Origin: a bacterium
GTDB lineage: Bacteria; Patescibacteriota; Minisyncoccia; UBA6257; JAUSGH01
Reading direction: 5' to 3'
DNA: 64,000 bases
Assembly (NCBI GenBank): GCA_030649055.1
Contig: JAUSGH010000007.1
Span: forward strand, 1,854-65,853
The notes under the pieces are model-generated. The model was not told where the DNA came from. It worked only from the letters and a program-made list of their open reading frames with translations, and did no database searches. A program made the translations under genes and the position numbers. Shown here in pieces: positions 55,928-64,000 of this stretch (position 1 is the stretch's first letter; every line of letters starts with the position of its first letter).

Positions 55928-57304
55928 ATGAAAAGCCGCGCTATCCTCTATATCCTCCTCGCCGCCGCGATCCTTGTCGCAGTCGCGGGATTTGTTGCTG
56001 ACTTCAAAAATACCGCCTTTTATGGCGGCGTGGACCTGCGTAACCGCGTCACCGCCGCGCGTGTCGCTCAAGAGTTAAAACAAGACCCGTATTTTTATAA
56101 ATGGTCGCCCAAAGAAAGCGACCGCTATCTTGATCCATCAGACAACACAGCAATCCCCGTCGCGCGCGTGACGGTGCCTCCGACCGTATTGCTTTTCCAA
56201 AACCTCATCTCGGCGCTCCCCTACGGCACCCAACGGTGGATTTGGTTTGCATTCCAATGGGCCGCGCTTATTGCGTCGCTCGCACTCCTCGCACAATACG
56301 TCTATCGCGTCAGCGAAGAATCATGTGCAAAGCGCAACCGTTTACTCGTCATAACGCTTGGATTGCTATTCATTTCCGGAAGTTCTTTTTGGCGGCTCCA
56401 TGTTGAACGCGGACAAATATATGTGTGGTATGTATCGCTCTTCAGCGCAGCGCTTTATTTATACAGTCGAGCAGAAGAAAAATCCTCCGCCCTTCAGGCA
56501 CCTCCTTTAACAAAGGAGGAATATGAGTGGCTTCCGCTCGCCGCGAGCGGACTCATTCTCGGCTACCTCATCAGCTTGCGCCCGCCGTTTATTTTTGCAA
56601 TTATCCCGTTTCTGCTTTATAAAAAATTCAAATTTGTATCATTCGTCGCTGCCGGCGCGCTAACAAGCGTCCTTATCACCGGATTATTTTTCCCGTTCGC
56701 GCTATGGAAAAGCTACGAACAATCGGCCACGTTTCAAGGCGCGATGCGTACGGATGCGGCAACGAACTTCACATCAGTTGGCGTTGATGTCGCCGAAGGC
56801 ATGAACATTCACGAATTCTTGAGCGTGCCCGGAGAAGACAGCTCGCTCCAACGCATCATCCGTGGTGCAACAGGACAATGGGTAGGAAGCGCGACGCTGG
56901 CGCTGCTGCTTGTTATCACAACCGCGCTTCTTGCGTTTTTTATGTATCGTTTCCATCCGTCGCTTTCTGTAGGGACAAATGATTTATTTCTTGCCGGCAT
57001 CGCATTTACCATGCTCGCGGAATTATTCATTCCCGCTCCGCGCTGGCCGTACGCGGACGTCATCTGGCTTATTCCTTTGGCATTGCTCGTACAAAAACTA
57101 AGCACAACGACACGCGGCACGTTACGCAGCACCGTGCTCGGCCTCATGCTTACGGGACTCATGCTTAATACCGGAGTACATGGCATCTCCCGGCTTACAC
57201 TCCTTGGCGAAGGTCTGTTTATCGGGGCATTGCTTCTTGCGCTTTTGAGTAAGGAAAAGAAATCCTCCGCCTTTCAGGCACCTCCTTTAGCAAAGGAGGA
57301 ATAA
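55928..57304 (+). CDS. Polytopic membrane protein (DUF2029/GT87-like or other GT-C-type candidate), containing two in-frame family-D element copies
   Basis: 458 aa, ~12 TM helices. Family-D element translated as EEKSSALQAPPLTKEE (internal) and EKKSSAFQAPPLAKEE (C-terminus). Confidence 0.45.
   Translation: MKSRAILYILLAAAILVAVAGFVADFKNTAFYGGVDLRNRVTAARVAQELKQDPYFYKWSPKESDRYLDPSDNTAIPVARVTVPPTVLLFQNLISALPYGTQRWIWFAFQWAALIASLALLAQYVYRVSEESCAKRNRLLVITLGLLFISGSSFWRLHVERGQIYVWYVSLFSAALYLYSRAEEKSSALQAPPLTKEEYEWLPLAASGLILGYLISLRPPFIFAIIPFLLYKKFKFVSFVAAGALTSVLITGLFFPFALWKSYEQSATFQGAMRTDAATNFTSVGVDVAEGMNIHEFLSVPGEDSSLQRIIRGATGQWVGSATLALLLVITTALLAFFMYRFHPSLSVGTNDLFLAGIAFTMLAELFIPAPRWPYADVIWLIPLALLVQKLSTTTRGTLRSTVLGLMLTGLMLNTGVHGISRLTLLGEGLFIGALLLALLSKEKKSSAFQAPPLAKEE
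56479..56522. repeat. Family D element copy (AAATCCTCCGCCCTTCAGGCACCTCCTTTAACAAAGGAGGAAT) inside the coding sequence
   Basis: Read directly. Confidence 0.65.
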
Positions 57305-57337
57305 CAACAGGACGCATTCTCCCTTTTCTAAAGGGAG
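57260..57337. repeat. Family D element copy with second hairpin (CTCCCTTTTCTAAAGGGAG), spanning the stop of 55928..57304 and the 3' end of 57328..58689
   Basis: Read directly. Confidence 0.65.
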
Positions 57338-58689
57338 GGAACCGCTTGCGGTGAGGGATTTTTTCGCGTCCAACAAAGTAGCGTAATCGAATAAATCGCA
57401 AGCGTAAACAATATCGGATTCAACGGAATCCGCAGACGCGCGCCGCTGATGGGCGAAGAAAGCAACGCGTAAAGGAGAATTGCCACGACAAAAAATATCG
57501 TGGTTTTTTTGATTCTCCCTTCACGACGCCATTCAACAAACGGACTCACAATTGCGAGTAGCGCGACGATAATAAAAAAGAAGTTTGCAATCAGCGCGAG
57601 TAAAAGTACCGGATGCGCGGCAACGCGCCCCGCTGCGATAACAAAACGAAACGCACCGATGTCGTCGTAAAGTGCCTGCTCATCTTCATATCTAAACCCC
57701 AGCTGCGGGATAGAATAAAAAAAGTTATTATACGCCGCGTTTGTGAAAAGGCTCGGCATGTGCGTCACGTGAAACACCCCATAGGCGAAGGGGTATGCGC
57801 CGATAAACCGCACCGCCTTTGCTTGTATCTCGGGAATGCGCGATACGTCATAGCGGAAATTTACATCCAAAAGATCGTCGGGCGCAAGCGCCACCCCGCG
57901 CTCTGCAAAAAGTTTTGGGAAGTGCGCCTGAAGCCACAGAGAAAAATCCCCGGCGTTATACGCGTAAAGGTTGTATCCGGATTGCGAAGAAAAATCCCAC
58001 GTGTGAAGCGTGAGCCGATTGCGGATAATCCAGGGCGAAAGTATGACGAAGAAAACCGTAAGCGGCACAAGAAGCGCCCTCCATTCGCGCAACCGCGATC
58101 CCGCGAGCACATACGCGAACGGAATCATCACGACAAAAAACAAGGCGAATTGTTTTAAGAGTGCCGCAATCGCAAGTGCTACGGCGCCAACGAGAAGATC
58201 GCGAGGTTTCGCGCGCTGCACATAGAACGCAAAATTAAACATCGCAACAATAAACAGCAAACTAAAAAATGACTCGGTCATAATTTGTCCTCCGATAAGC
58301 GCGCCAAAAGGCTCAATGGCGAACATGAGCGCCGCGGCAAACACGATTTTTTCCGGAAAAATCCGCCGGCCAAGGAGAAATACGAGTACCGCGGCGCCGG
58401 ACATCACAATTGCCTGAATTGCCGCAAGGACATACCAGGAAATCCCAAACTTTACGAACGGCAAAAGTATCAGCGGATAAAGTGGCGTCCGGAAACTGTC
58501 GGGGCTCGGCGGCACGTCATAGCCCATAGAGTAAATGCCGTGGGTCAAAAGATTTTTTGCCGCCTGGATGTACGTGTAGCTATCGTGGTAGAGTAAAGAA
58601 TTTTCATCGGAAAAGGCAAAAAGAAAAACAACACGCGTGAGGAGCGCAATGGAAAAGATAAGTATGGCGGCGCGTTTCATGAGAAACAA
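57328..58689 (-). CDS. GT-C membrane glycosyltransferase, family 39/83-like, paralog 5
   Basis: 453 aa polytopic. Y.DS..Y...A.NLL.HG.YS......P...RTPLYP loop typical of ArnT/PMT-like enzymes. Confidence 0.65.
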   Translation of the reverse strand: MFLMKRAAILIFSIALLTRVVFLFAFSDENSLLYHDSYTYIQAAKNLLTHGIYSMGYDVPPSPDSFRTPLYPLILLPFVKFGISWYVLAAIQAIVMSGAAVLVFLLGRRIFPEKIVFAAALMFAIEPFGALIGGQIMTESFFSLLFIVAMFNFAFYVQRAKPRDLLVGAVALAIAALLKQFALFFVVMIPFAYVLAGSRLREWRALLVPLTVFFVILSPWIIRNRLTLHTWDFSSQSGYNLYAYNAGDFSLWLQAHFPKLFAERGVALAPDDLLDVNFRYDVSRIPEIQAKAVRFIGAYPFAYGVFHVTHMPSLFTNAAYNNFFYSIPQLGFRYEDEQALYDDIGAFRFVIAAGRVAAHPVLLLALIANFFFIIVALLAIVSPFVEWRREGRIKKTTIFFVVAILLYALLSSPISGARLRIPLNPILFTLAIYSITLLCWTRKNPSPQAVPSL

Positions 58690-58695
58690 GGTTAG

Positions 58696-58753
58696 CCTTC
58701 GATAAACTCAGGCAATAAATTTTAACATTAGTTCCTGAGCCGGTCGAAGGACT
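58696..58753. repeat. Family C palindromic element (CCTTCGATAAACTCAGG - 15 bp - TTAGTTCCTGAGCCGGTCGAAGGAC)
   Basis: Read directly. Confidence 0.6.
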
Positions 58754-58755
58754 AC

Positions 58756-59496
<741 letters not shown>

Positions 59497-59505
59497 AGTG
59501 GTATT

Positions 59506-59540
59506 GGTCCTATTGGACTTATAAGTCCTATTAATCCTAT
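59506..59540. promoter_or_regulatory. Second copy of the GGTCCTAT / GGACTTATAAGTCC motif, just upstream of the rmlA-like start
   Basis: Perfect 14-bp palindrome GGACTTATAAGTCC at 59515-59528, flanked by GGTCCTAT-type repeats. Same arrangement as 3203-3239. Confidence 0.3.
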
Positions 59541-60550
59541 ACAAGCTTCTTCGCAACCGCCTTCACCCAATCACCATTCTTTATATACCATTCTACGGTT
59601 TTTTGCAAGCCATCTTCAAAATTATGCGCCGGCTTATAGCCCAGTTCGCTCGCGGCCTTGGTGTAGTCAATAGCATAACGGAGATCGTGGCCCAGGCGGT
59701 CATTCACGTACGTGATGAGCGACTCGTCCTTCCCTACATGCCGCAAAATGGTTTTTACCACATCAATATTCGCCCGCTCCGCCCCTCCGCCGATGCAATA
59801 CGTCTCACCGACCCGTCCCTTAGTAATGATCAGCTCAACGCCACGGGAATGATCCTCCACATGCACCCAATCGCGTACATTCACGCCCCTACCATACACC
59901 GGCAAAGGTTTCCCTTGAAGCGCGTAAGTAATCATCAGCGGGATAAGTTTTTCCGGCGTCTGATACGGTCCATAGTTGTTACTGCAATTAGAAATAGTGA
60001 GCGGCAATCCGTAGGTATGCGCGTACGCGCGCGCGAGCATGTCAGATGCCGCCTTGGACGCGGCGTAGGGGCTGCTTGGTTGGTATGGTGATTGTTCATT
60101 AAACTTGCGCGTATCATCCAACGCCAAACTGCCGAACACCTCATCGGTTGAAACATGGTGAAAACGCGCTACCTTTGCCTCAAGCGCCGCCTGAAGCAGC
60201 ACTTGCGTACCCAACACATTCGTCACCACGAAGGGTGCCGCATCCGCAATGGAGCGGTCCACGTGGCTTTCCGCGGCAAAGTGCACCACGGTGTCCGCGC
60301 CTTTCATCGCCTCGCGGACAGTCGCGGGGTCGCAAATATCGCCATGTATAAATGCGTAGTTCGGATGCTTGGCGATCGCCTCAAGATTTTCCAAATGTCC
60401 GGCGTACGTCAGTTTATCAAGATTGACAATCTTGTCCTCGGGGTGGTGCTTCATCCAGTAATGGATGAAGTTGCTCCCGATAAACCCTGCACCACCCGTA
60501 ACAAGTATTTTCTTTTCTTTTTTTGTCGCCATCAACGTGTTCATAAACAC
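59537..60550 (-). CDS. rmlB: dTDP-glucose 4,6-dehydratase
   Basis: 337 aa. ILVTGGAGFIGSNF, HVSTDEVFG, YAASKAASD; colinear with RmlB. Confidence 0.9.
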   Translation of the reverse strand: MFMNTLMATKKEKKILVTGGAGFIGSNFIHYWMKHHPEDKIVNLDKLTYAGHLENLEAIAKHPNYAFIHGDICDPATVREAMKGADTVVHFAAESHVDRSIADAAPFVVTNVLGTQVLLQAALEAKVARFHHVSTDEVFGSLALDDTRKFNEQSPYQPSSPYAASKAASDMLARAYAHTYGLPLTISNCSNNYGPYQTPEKLIPLMITYALQGKPLPVYGRGVNVRDWVHVEDHSRGVELIITKGRVGETYCIGGGAERANIDVVKTILRHVGKDESLITYVNDRLGHDLRYAIDYTKAASELGYKPAHNFEDGLQKTVEWYIKNGDWVKAVAKKLV

Positions 60551-60623
60551 AAGTATGACCTCATACGTGGTGCGGGGTAAATCCAGCTCCGCCGGTAACT
60601 AAAAGTTTCATATGGTTTTTGTT

Positions 60624-60687
60624 GTCATTCTGAGTACAGCGAAGGATCTCCGGAGATTCTTCCTCGCTTATGGCGAGTCAGAATGAC
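60624..60687. repeat. Family B palindromic element (GTCATTCTGAGTACAGCGAAGGATCTCCGGAGATTCTTCCTCGCTTATGGCGAGTCAGAATGAC)
   Basis: Read directly. Confidence 0.6.
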
Positions 60688-60702
60688 CGTGTGTACATAT
60701 AA

Positions 60703-61557
60703 CTATGCCACCACGGATGCGGTTTTCCCCTTCCGCACCAGTTCCCGCGCATGTGCAATCATAAGCGCAAGGAAATACACGTGCTGCCACATAGTAAAAA
60801 ATTCATAGCGGAACGGGGTAGTTTCCTTGAAACCGTGGAGTAAATACAGCCGCGGAATGCGCCAGAACAAAAAACCAAAAATAACGCGCAAACGGTAATA
60901 GATGCCCCAGCGGAAAAACGATGCCCATGAATCAAACGCCAATGTCTCAAACTCCCAGCGGGTATATTTTTTTTGATATTGCCAGTAGTTCCTGACGCGC
61001 TCCGACGAAATCCGGAAATCGTAAAAACTTTTCGTGGTGCCGACCCGATACTTCGTTTTGTCATACACGATATGATCGTGCACTTTCCCCTTAAAAAACG
61101 CGCCGGTTTTCCGGTTAAACAGTCGCAACTGATACGCGGGGTACACCGAGGCGTACTTCACGAGCTTGTCATCAATAAAAATCCTGCTCGGCATACGGTA
61201 TAGGAGATACGAGGGGTTGGGGTTCTCCACGATACTGCGGATTTCTTCAGCGGTATCGGGCAAGAGCGCATCGTCGGCGTCCATAAAAAAATACCAATCG
61301 TATGTCGCCGCGGCCATGTTCCGCATACGCACATTCGCCTTGTCCTTCACACAGGGCAAGTTCGGCTCGTCGGAATCATATTGCTTAATGATTTTCGCGC
61401 CGTATCTCCGCGCAACTTCAAGCGTATCATCAGTGCTGTTGCCGTCGCACACAATAATCTCGGCAAAATCCTTAAATGATTCAAGACACCGGCCAAGCGT
61501 TTTGCCGGCATTCAGCGTCAGGACTCCTACTGAACATGGGATTTTCTTAGAGCTCAT
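60703..61557 (-). CDS. GT2 family glycosyltransferase
   Basis: VGVLTLNAGKTL, IVCDGNSTDDT, DXD motif FMDADD. Start set at MSSKKIP; 61581 is also possible. Confidence 0.7.
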   Translation of the reverse strand: MSSKKIPCSVGVLTLNAGKTLGRCLESFKDFAEIIVCDGNSTDDTLEVARRYGAKIIKQYDSDEPNLPCVKDKANVRMRNMAAATYDWYFFMDADDALLPDTAEEIRSIVENPNPSYLLYRMPSRIFIDDKLVKYASVYPAYQLRLFNRKTGAFFKGKVHDHIVYDKTKYRVGTTKSFYDFRISSERVRNYWQYQKKYTRWEFETLAFDSWASFFRWGIYYRLRVIFGFLFWRIPRLYLLHGFKETTPFRYEFFTMWQHVYFLALMIAHARELVRKGKTASVVA

Positions 61558-61772
61558 AGTGTATAAAGTATTGTGTATCAAGAAGTGAGTATGGGCGCAA
61601 GGAGTGCATACAGCCTTCTTGATACTCTATACTTGATACCTCCCCACTTACAACCTCTTGACTTTCGTTGGCGTTTCAACTATACTAGTCGTAGCACGAA
61701 TCGGCAATCAAACGCTTGTTTTCACTGCGGTGACGCGGTGCAAGCGTGGGTTCCATTTCAAAGAGGTGAAAC

Positions 61773-62501
61773 ATGCGCGGACAGCCGCTATCCTACGACG
61801 AGTGGGTGCTCGCACTCACCGAGATGGCCAAGGGGCGCGGGACATACGACAGGATCGGAGACGCCATCCCTCTCGCGCTCTCGGAGAACGAGGCAAAGCT
61901 CGCTGGGGAATTACTCTGCCGGGCAACGCCAACGCCAACACTCGAATGGCCGATTCTGAAGGCCATCTGGGATCACCGACTCATTCGGATGAATCCGATG
62001 GAGCTCTGGATCCTCGACAAGTCAATGTTCGAAACTGAAACTGACGAAACGCCGCGCGTTCTGCTCTCCCGCCGTCCCGACAACGATCCCTACTTCCCCG
62101 GCCAATGGCATAACCCGGGTGGCTACGTCGGGGGAGGAGAATCTACCGATAAGGCATGCGAACGAGTCGCACTCAAGGAGACCGGTGCGTCGCTCGAGAA
62201 CTGTGTGCTGATCGGAGTTGGCGACTTCGTGAATCTGAGTCGTGATCCCGAACTCTCGCTCATCTTCCTCTGCACGCTGGGTGACGCGCCGAAGCTTAGC
62301 GATACGCTTCGATGGTTCCCGGTCAACGAACTCCCGGAGAGCATGATGGAACATTCCAGGGCGATGCTCGAACAGCGCATAGTCCCTTATGTACAGATTG
62401 GGAGAAGGTACAGCACACACCAAGGCGCCTTACAAGCGCTGATGGAGATGGCTACGCTCATGCAACCACTCCAGATGCCGGACAACAAAAAAGTAAGGTA
62501 A
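61773..62501 (+). CDS. NUDIX hydrolase with ~90-aa N-terminal extension of unknown function
   Basis: 242 aa. Nudix box GGYVGGGESTDKACERVALKETGA. GC ~60%, higher than surrounding genes. Confidence 0.7.
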   Translation: MRGQPLSYDEWVLALTEMAKGRGTYDRIGDAIPLALSENEAKLAGELLCRATPTPTLEWPILKAIWDHRLIRMNPMELWILDKSMFETETDETPRVLLSRRPDNDPYFPGQWHNPGGYVGGGESTDKACERVALKETGASLENCVLIGVGDFVNLSRDPELSLIFLCTLGDAPKLSDTLRWFPVNELPESMMEHSRAMLEQRIVPYVQIGRRYSTHQGALQALMEMATLMQPLQMPDNKKVR

Positions 62502-62523
62502 CCGTACAAGTACGCGAACGCGC

Positions 62524-62565
62524 GAAGCCCCGAGACCCACAAGGTCTTGGGGCTTCTACATTTTC
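62524..62565. terminator. Hairpin GAAGCCCCGAGACC-CACAA-GGTCTTGGGGCTTC plus T-run between convergent genes
   Basis: Read directly. 14-bp stem with one G-U pair, followed by ACATTTTC. Confidence 0.5.
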
Positions 62566-62579
62566 ACCACCAACCACAA

Positions 62580-63368
62580 CTAATCCTTTGTCGCGAGCGC
62601 GAATAACATCTCTCGCATGTTTGGAAACGGTATCGCAAGCAACATCGCGATATGCCCCAATGCCTTTCGCGGATGAAGCAACCTCCGCCAGCTGAAAAAC
62701 GAATTTTGCGTGGTGATGGATACGGCAGAAAATCCGGTCCATTCAAGCATCGCGCGGAGTTCGGAAACAGTGAACTCTCTCCGATGTCCGGTAAAGTGCT
62801 CCCCACGGTCAAAATAATCTTTGATGTCCCACATAGGGCTCCGTCCGAACATAAACCGTGCTCTCCGCAACAGATTCGCAAGGTTCGGCGTCGTCACCAA
62901 AAACACACCTCCGGGTGTTAATACTCGTTGCACCTCAGCAAATAAACCTTTTGGCGAATGTAGCAAATGCTCAATAGTGGCGTCGGAGTTCACCGCGTCA
63001 AAGGCGCTGTTCTCAAACGGCAGCCGTGAAAGAATGTCGTGTTCAATGACGGTAATGCCGTACGCGTCCCAAACGCGCCGCAACGCCTTAAAATCCGCGA
63101 TGCGATACGGATTGTCGCTCGCGCTCGGAAAAATAAACTTATCAACGCCCGTTACTTTGCCCCCGAGTTTTTGGAGCGCAAGCGCCATAATACCGACGCC
63201 GCACCCGAGGTCAAGAATACGCTTGCCCCGAATAGCGTCACGGCTTCCTAAAAGTTCCAGCGAATATAAAAATCGCTTAAAATCCACCGCGTATGGAACG
63301 GAAAAATCGCCGAGGTCGCGATAAACCTCGCGCAACACCTTAGCGTACGTTTGCGAGGTACCATTCAT
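62580..63368 (-). CDS. Class I SAM-dependent methyltransferase
   Basis: 262 aa. Motif I ILDLGCGVGIMA and a Methyltransf_11-type core. Confidence 0.75.
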   Translation of the reverse strand: MNGTSQTYAKVLREVYRDLGDFSVPYAVDFKRFLYSLELLGSRDAIRGKRILDLGCGVGIMALALQKLGGKVTGVDKFIFPSASDNPYRIADFKALRRVWDAYGITVIEHDILSRLPFENSAFDAVNSDATIEHLLHSPKGLFAEVQRVLTPGGVFLVTTPNLANLLRRARFMFGRSPMWDIKDYFDRGEHFTGHRREFTVSELRAMLEWTGFSAVSITTQNSFFSWRRLLHPRKALGHIAMLLAIPFPNMREMLFALATKD

Positions 63369-64000
63369 AAGTCATCTTGAGCCCTTGCGGCAAATCAATG
63401 CGGTGCTTCCAGCCCAGCCCGTGGAGCCGACCGACATCCAAAAGCTTCCTCGGTGTGCCGTCAGGCTTTGTAGTGTCCCACAAAATCTTGCCCTCGTAAC
63501 CGACAACACCCCCCACCAACTCGGCCAGCTCTTTAATGGACACGTCCTCTCCTGTTCCGATATTCACGATCTCAGGTTTGTCGTAATTATTCATGAGGAA
63601 TACGCAGGCGCCCGCGAGGTCGTCAACGTGCAAGAATTCCCGCTTCGGACTGCCCGTCCCCCACAATGTAAGCTCCGGCTTTTTGCCAAGCTTCGCCTCA
63701 TGAAACTTCCGAATCATCGCCGGAAGCACATGTGAAGTTTCCAAATCAAAATTGTCATTCTCGCCATACAAATTCGTCGGCATCACGGAAATGAAGTTTG
63801 CTCCATACTGCTCATGAAGTGATTGGCACAACACGATGCCCGCGATTTTTGCCACCGCGTACGCGCGGTTGGTCGGTTCAAGATCGCCGGTCAATAAATA
63901 CTCCTCCTTAATCGGCTGCGGGCACATCCGCGGATAAATGCACGAGCTCCCCAAAAACAAAAGTTTTTTGACGCCGTTCGCGTACGCTCCGTGAACGACA
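63340..64000 (-). CDS. fcl: GDP-L-fucose synthase-like epimerase/reductase (Fcl/WcaG family), partial: N-terminus beyond window end
   Basis: LFLGSSCIYP, YAVAK, NLYG.ND.F....SHV.PA.I.K motifs. The frame is open to the window end. Confidence 0.8.
   Translation of the reverse strand, partial: VVHGAYANGVKKLLFLGSSCIYPRMCPQPIKEEYLLTGDLEPTNRAYAVAKIAGIVLCQSLHEQYGANFISVMPTNLYGENDNFDLETSHVLPAMIRKFHEAKLGKKPELTLWGTGSPKREFLHVDDLAGACVFLMNNYDKPEIVNIGTGEDVSIKELAELVGGVVGYEGKILWDTTKPDGTPRKLLDVGRLHGLGWKHRIDLPQGLKMTYEWYLANVR

Overview
This window is almost entirely a cell-surface glycan / glycoprotein biosynthesis locus of a bacterium, possibly an uncultivated CPR/Patescibacteria-like lineage (low confidence on lineage). 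Background GC is roughly 50%. Most genes are on the minus strand in tight, often overlapping operons. The left end (9.2-22.0 kb) holds a near-complete pseudaminic-acid-type nonulosonic acid pathway: PseB, PseC, GNAT/PseH, PseG-like, PseI/NeuB-like, CMP-transferase. It also carries a WbuX/HisH/HisF-like amidotransferase trio (acetamidino formation) and a WbpB/WbpE-like oxidoreductase-aminotransferase pair. The middle (22-51 kb) contains at least five GT-C (GT39/ArnT/PMT-like) membrane glycosyltransferase paralogs, each next to a GT2 polyprenyl-phosphate-sugar synthase-like gene. It also has GT4 enzymes, WecB, AsnB, and several methyltransferases and SDR enzymes. A dTDP-sugar set (RmlA/RmlB, an E1-type 3-dehydrase, a YerE-like ThDP enzyme plus reductase, a DmpG/DmpF-like aldolase/dehydrogenase pair) suggests a branched 3,6-dideoxy sugar. 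Upstream are a Wzx flippase, an O-antigen-ligase-TPR protein, a SucC/SucD/citryl-CoA-lyase-like trio and a truncated Thr/Gly-rich tandem-repeat surface protein. At 51.4-55.8 kb the composition shifts: an AT-rich DinD homolog is followed by a GC-rich (~60%) island. The island encodes a beta-grasp ubiquitin-like protein, a ThiF/MoeB-type E1, a large protein with a C-terminal E2/UBC-like motif, a DUF218 protein and an RHH protein. This is the best candidate for an undescribed conjugation/defence-type system. Intergenic regions hold several families of short palindromic repeat elements, one demonstrably carrying a GIY-YIG nuclease gene.
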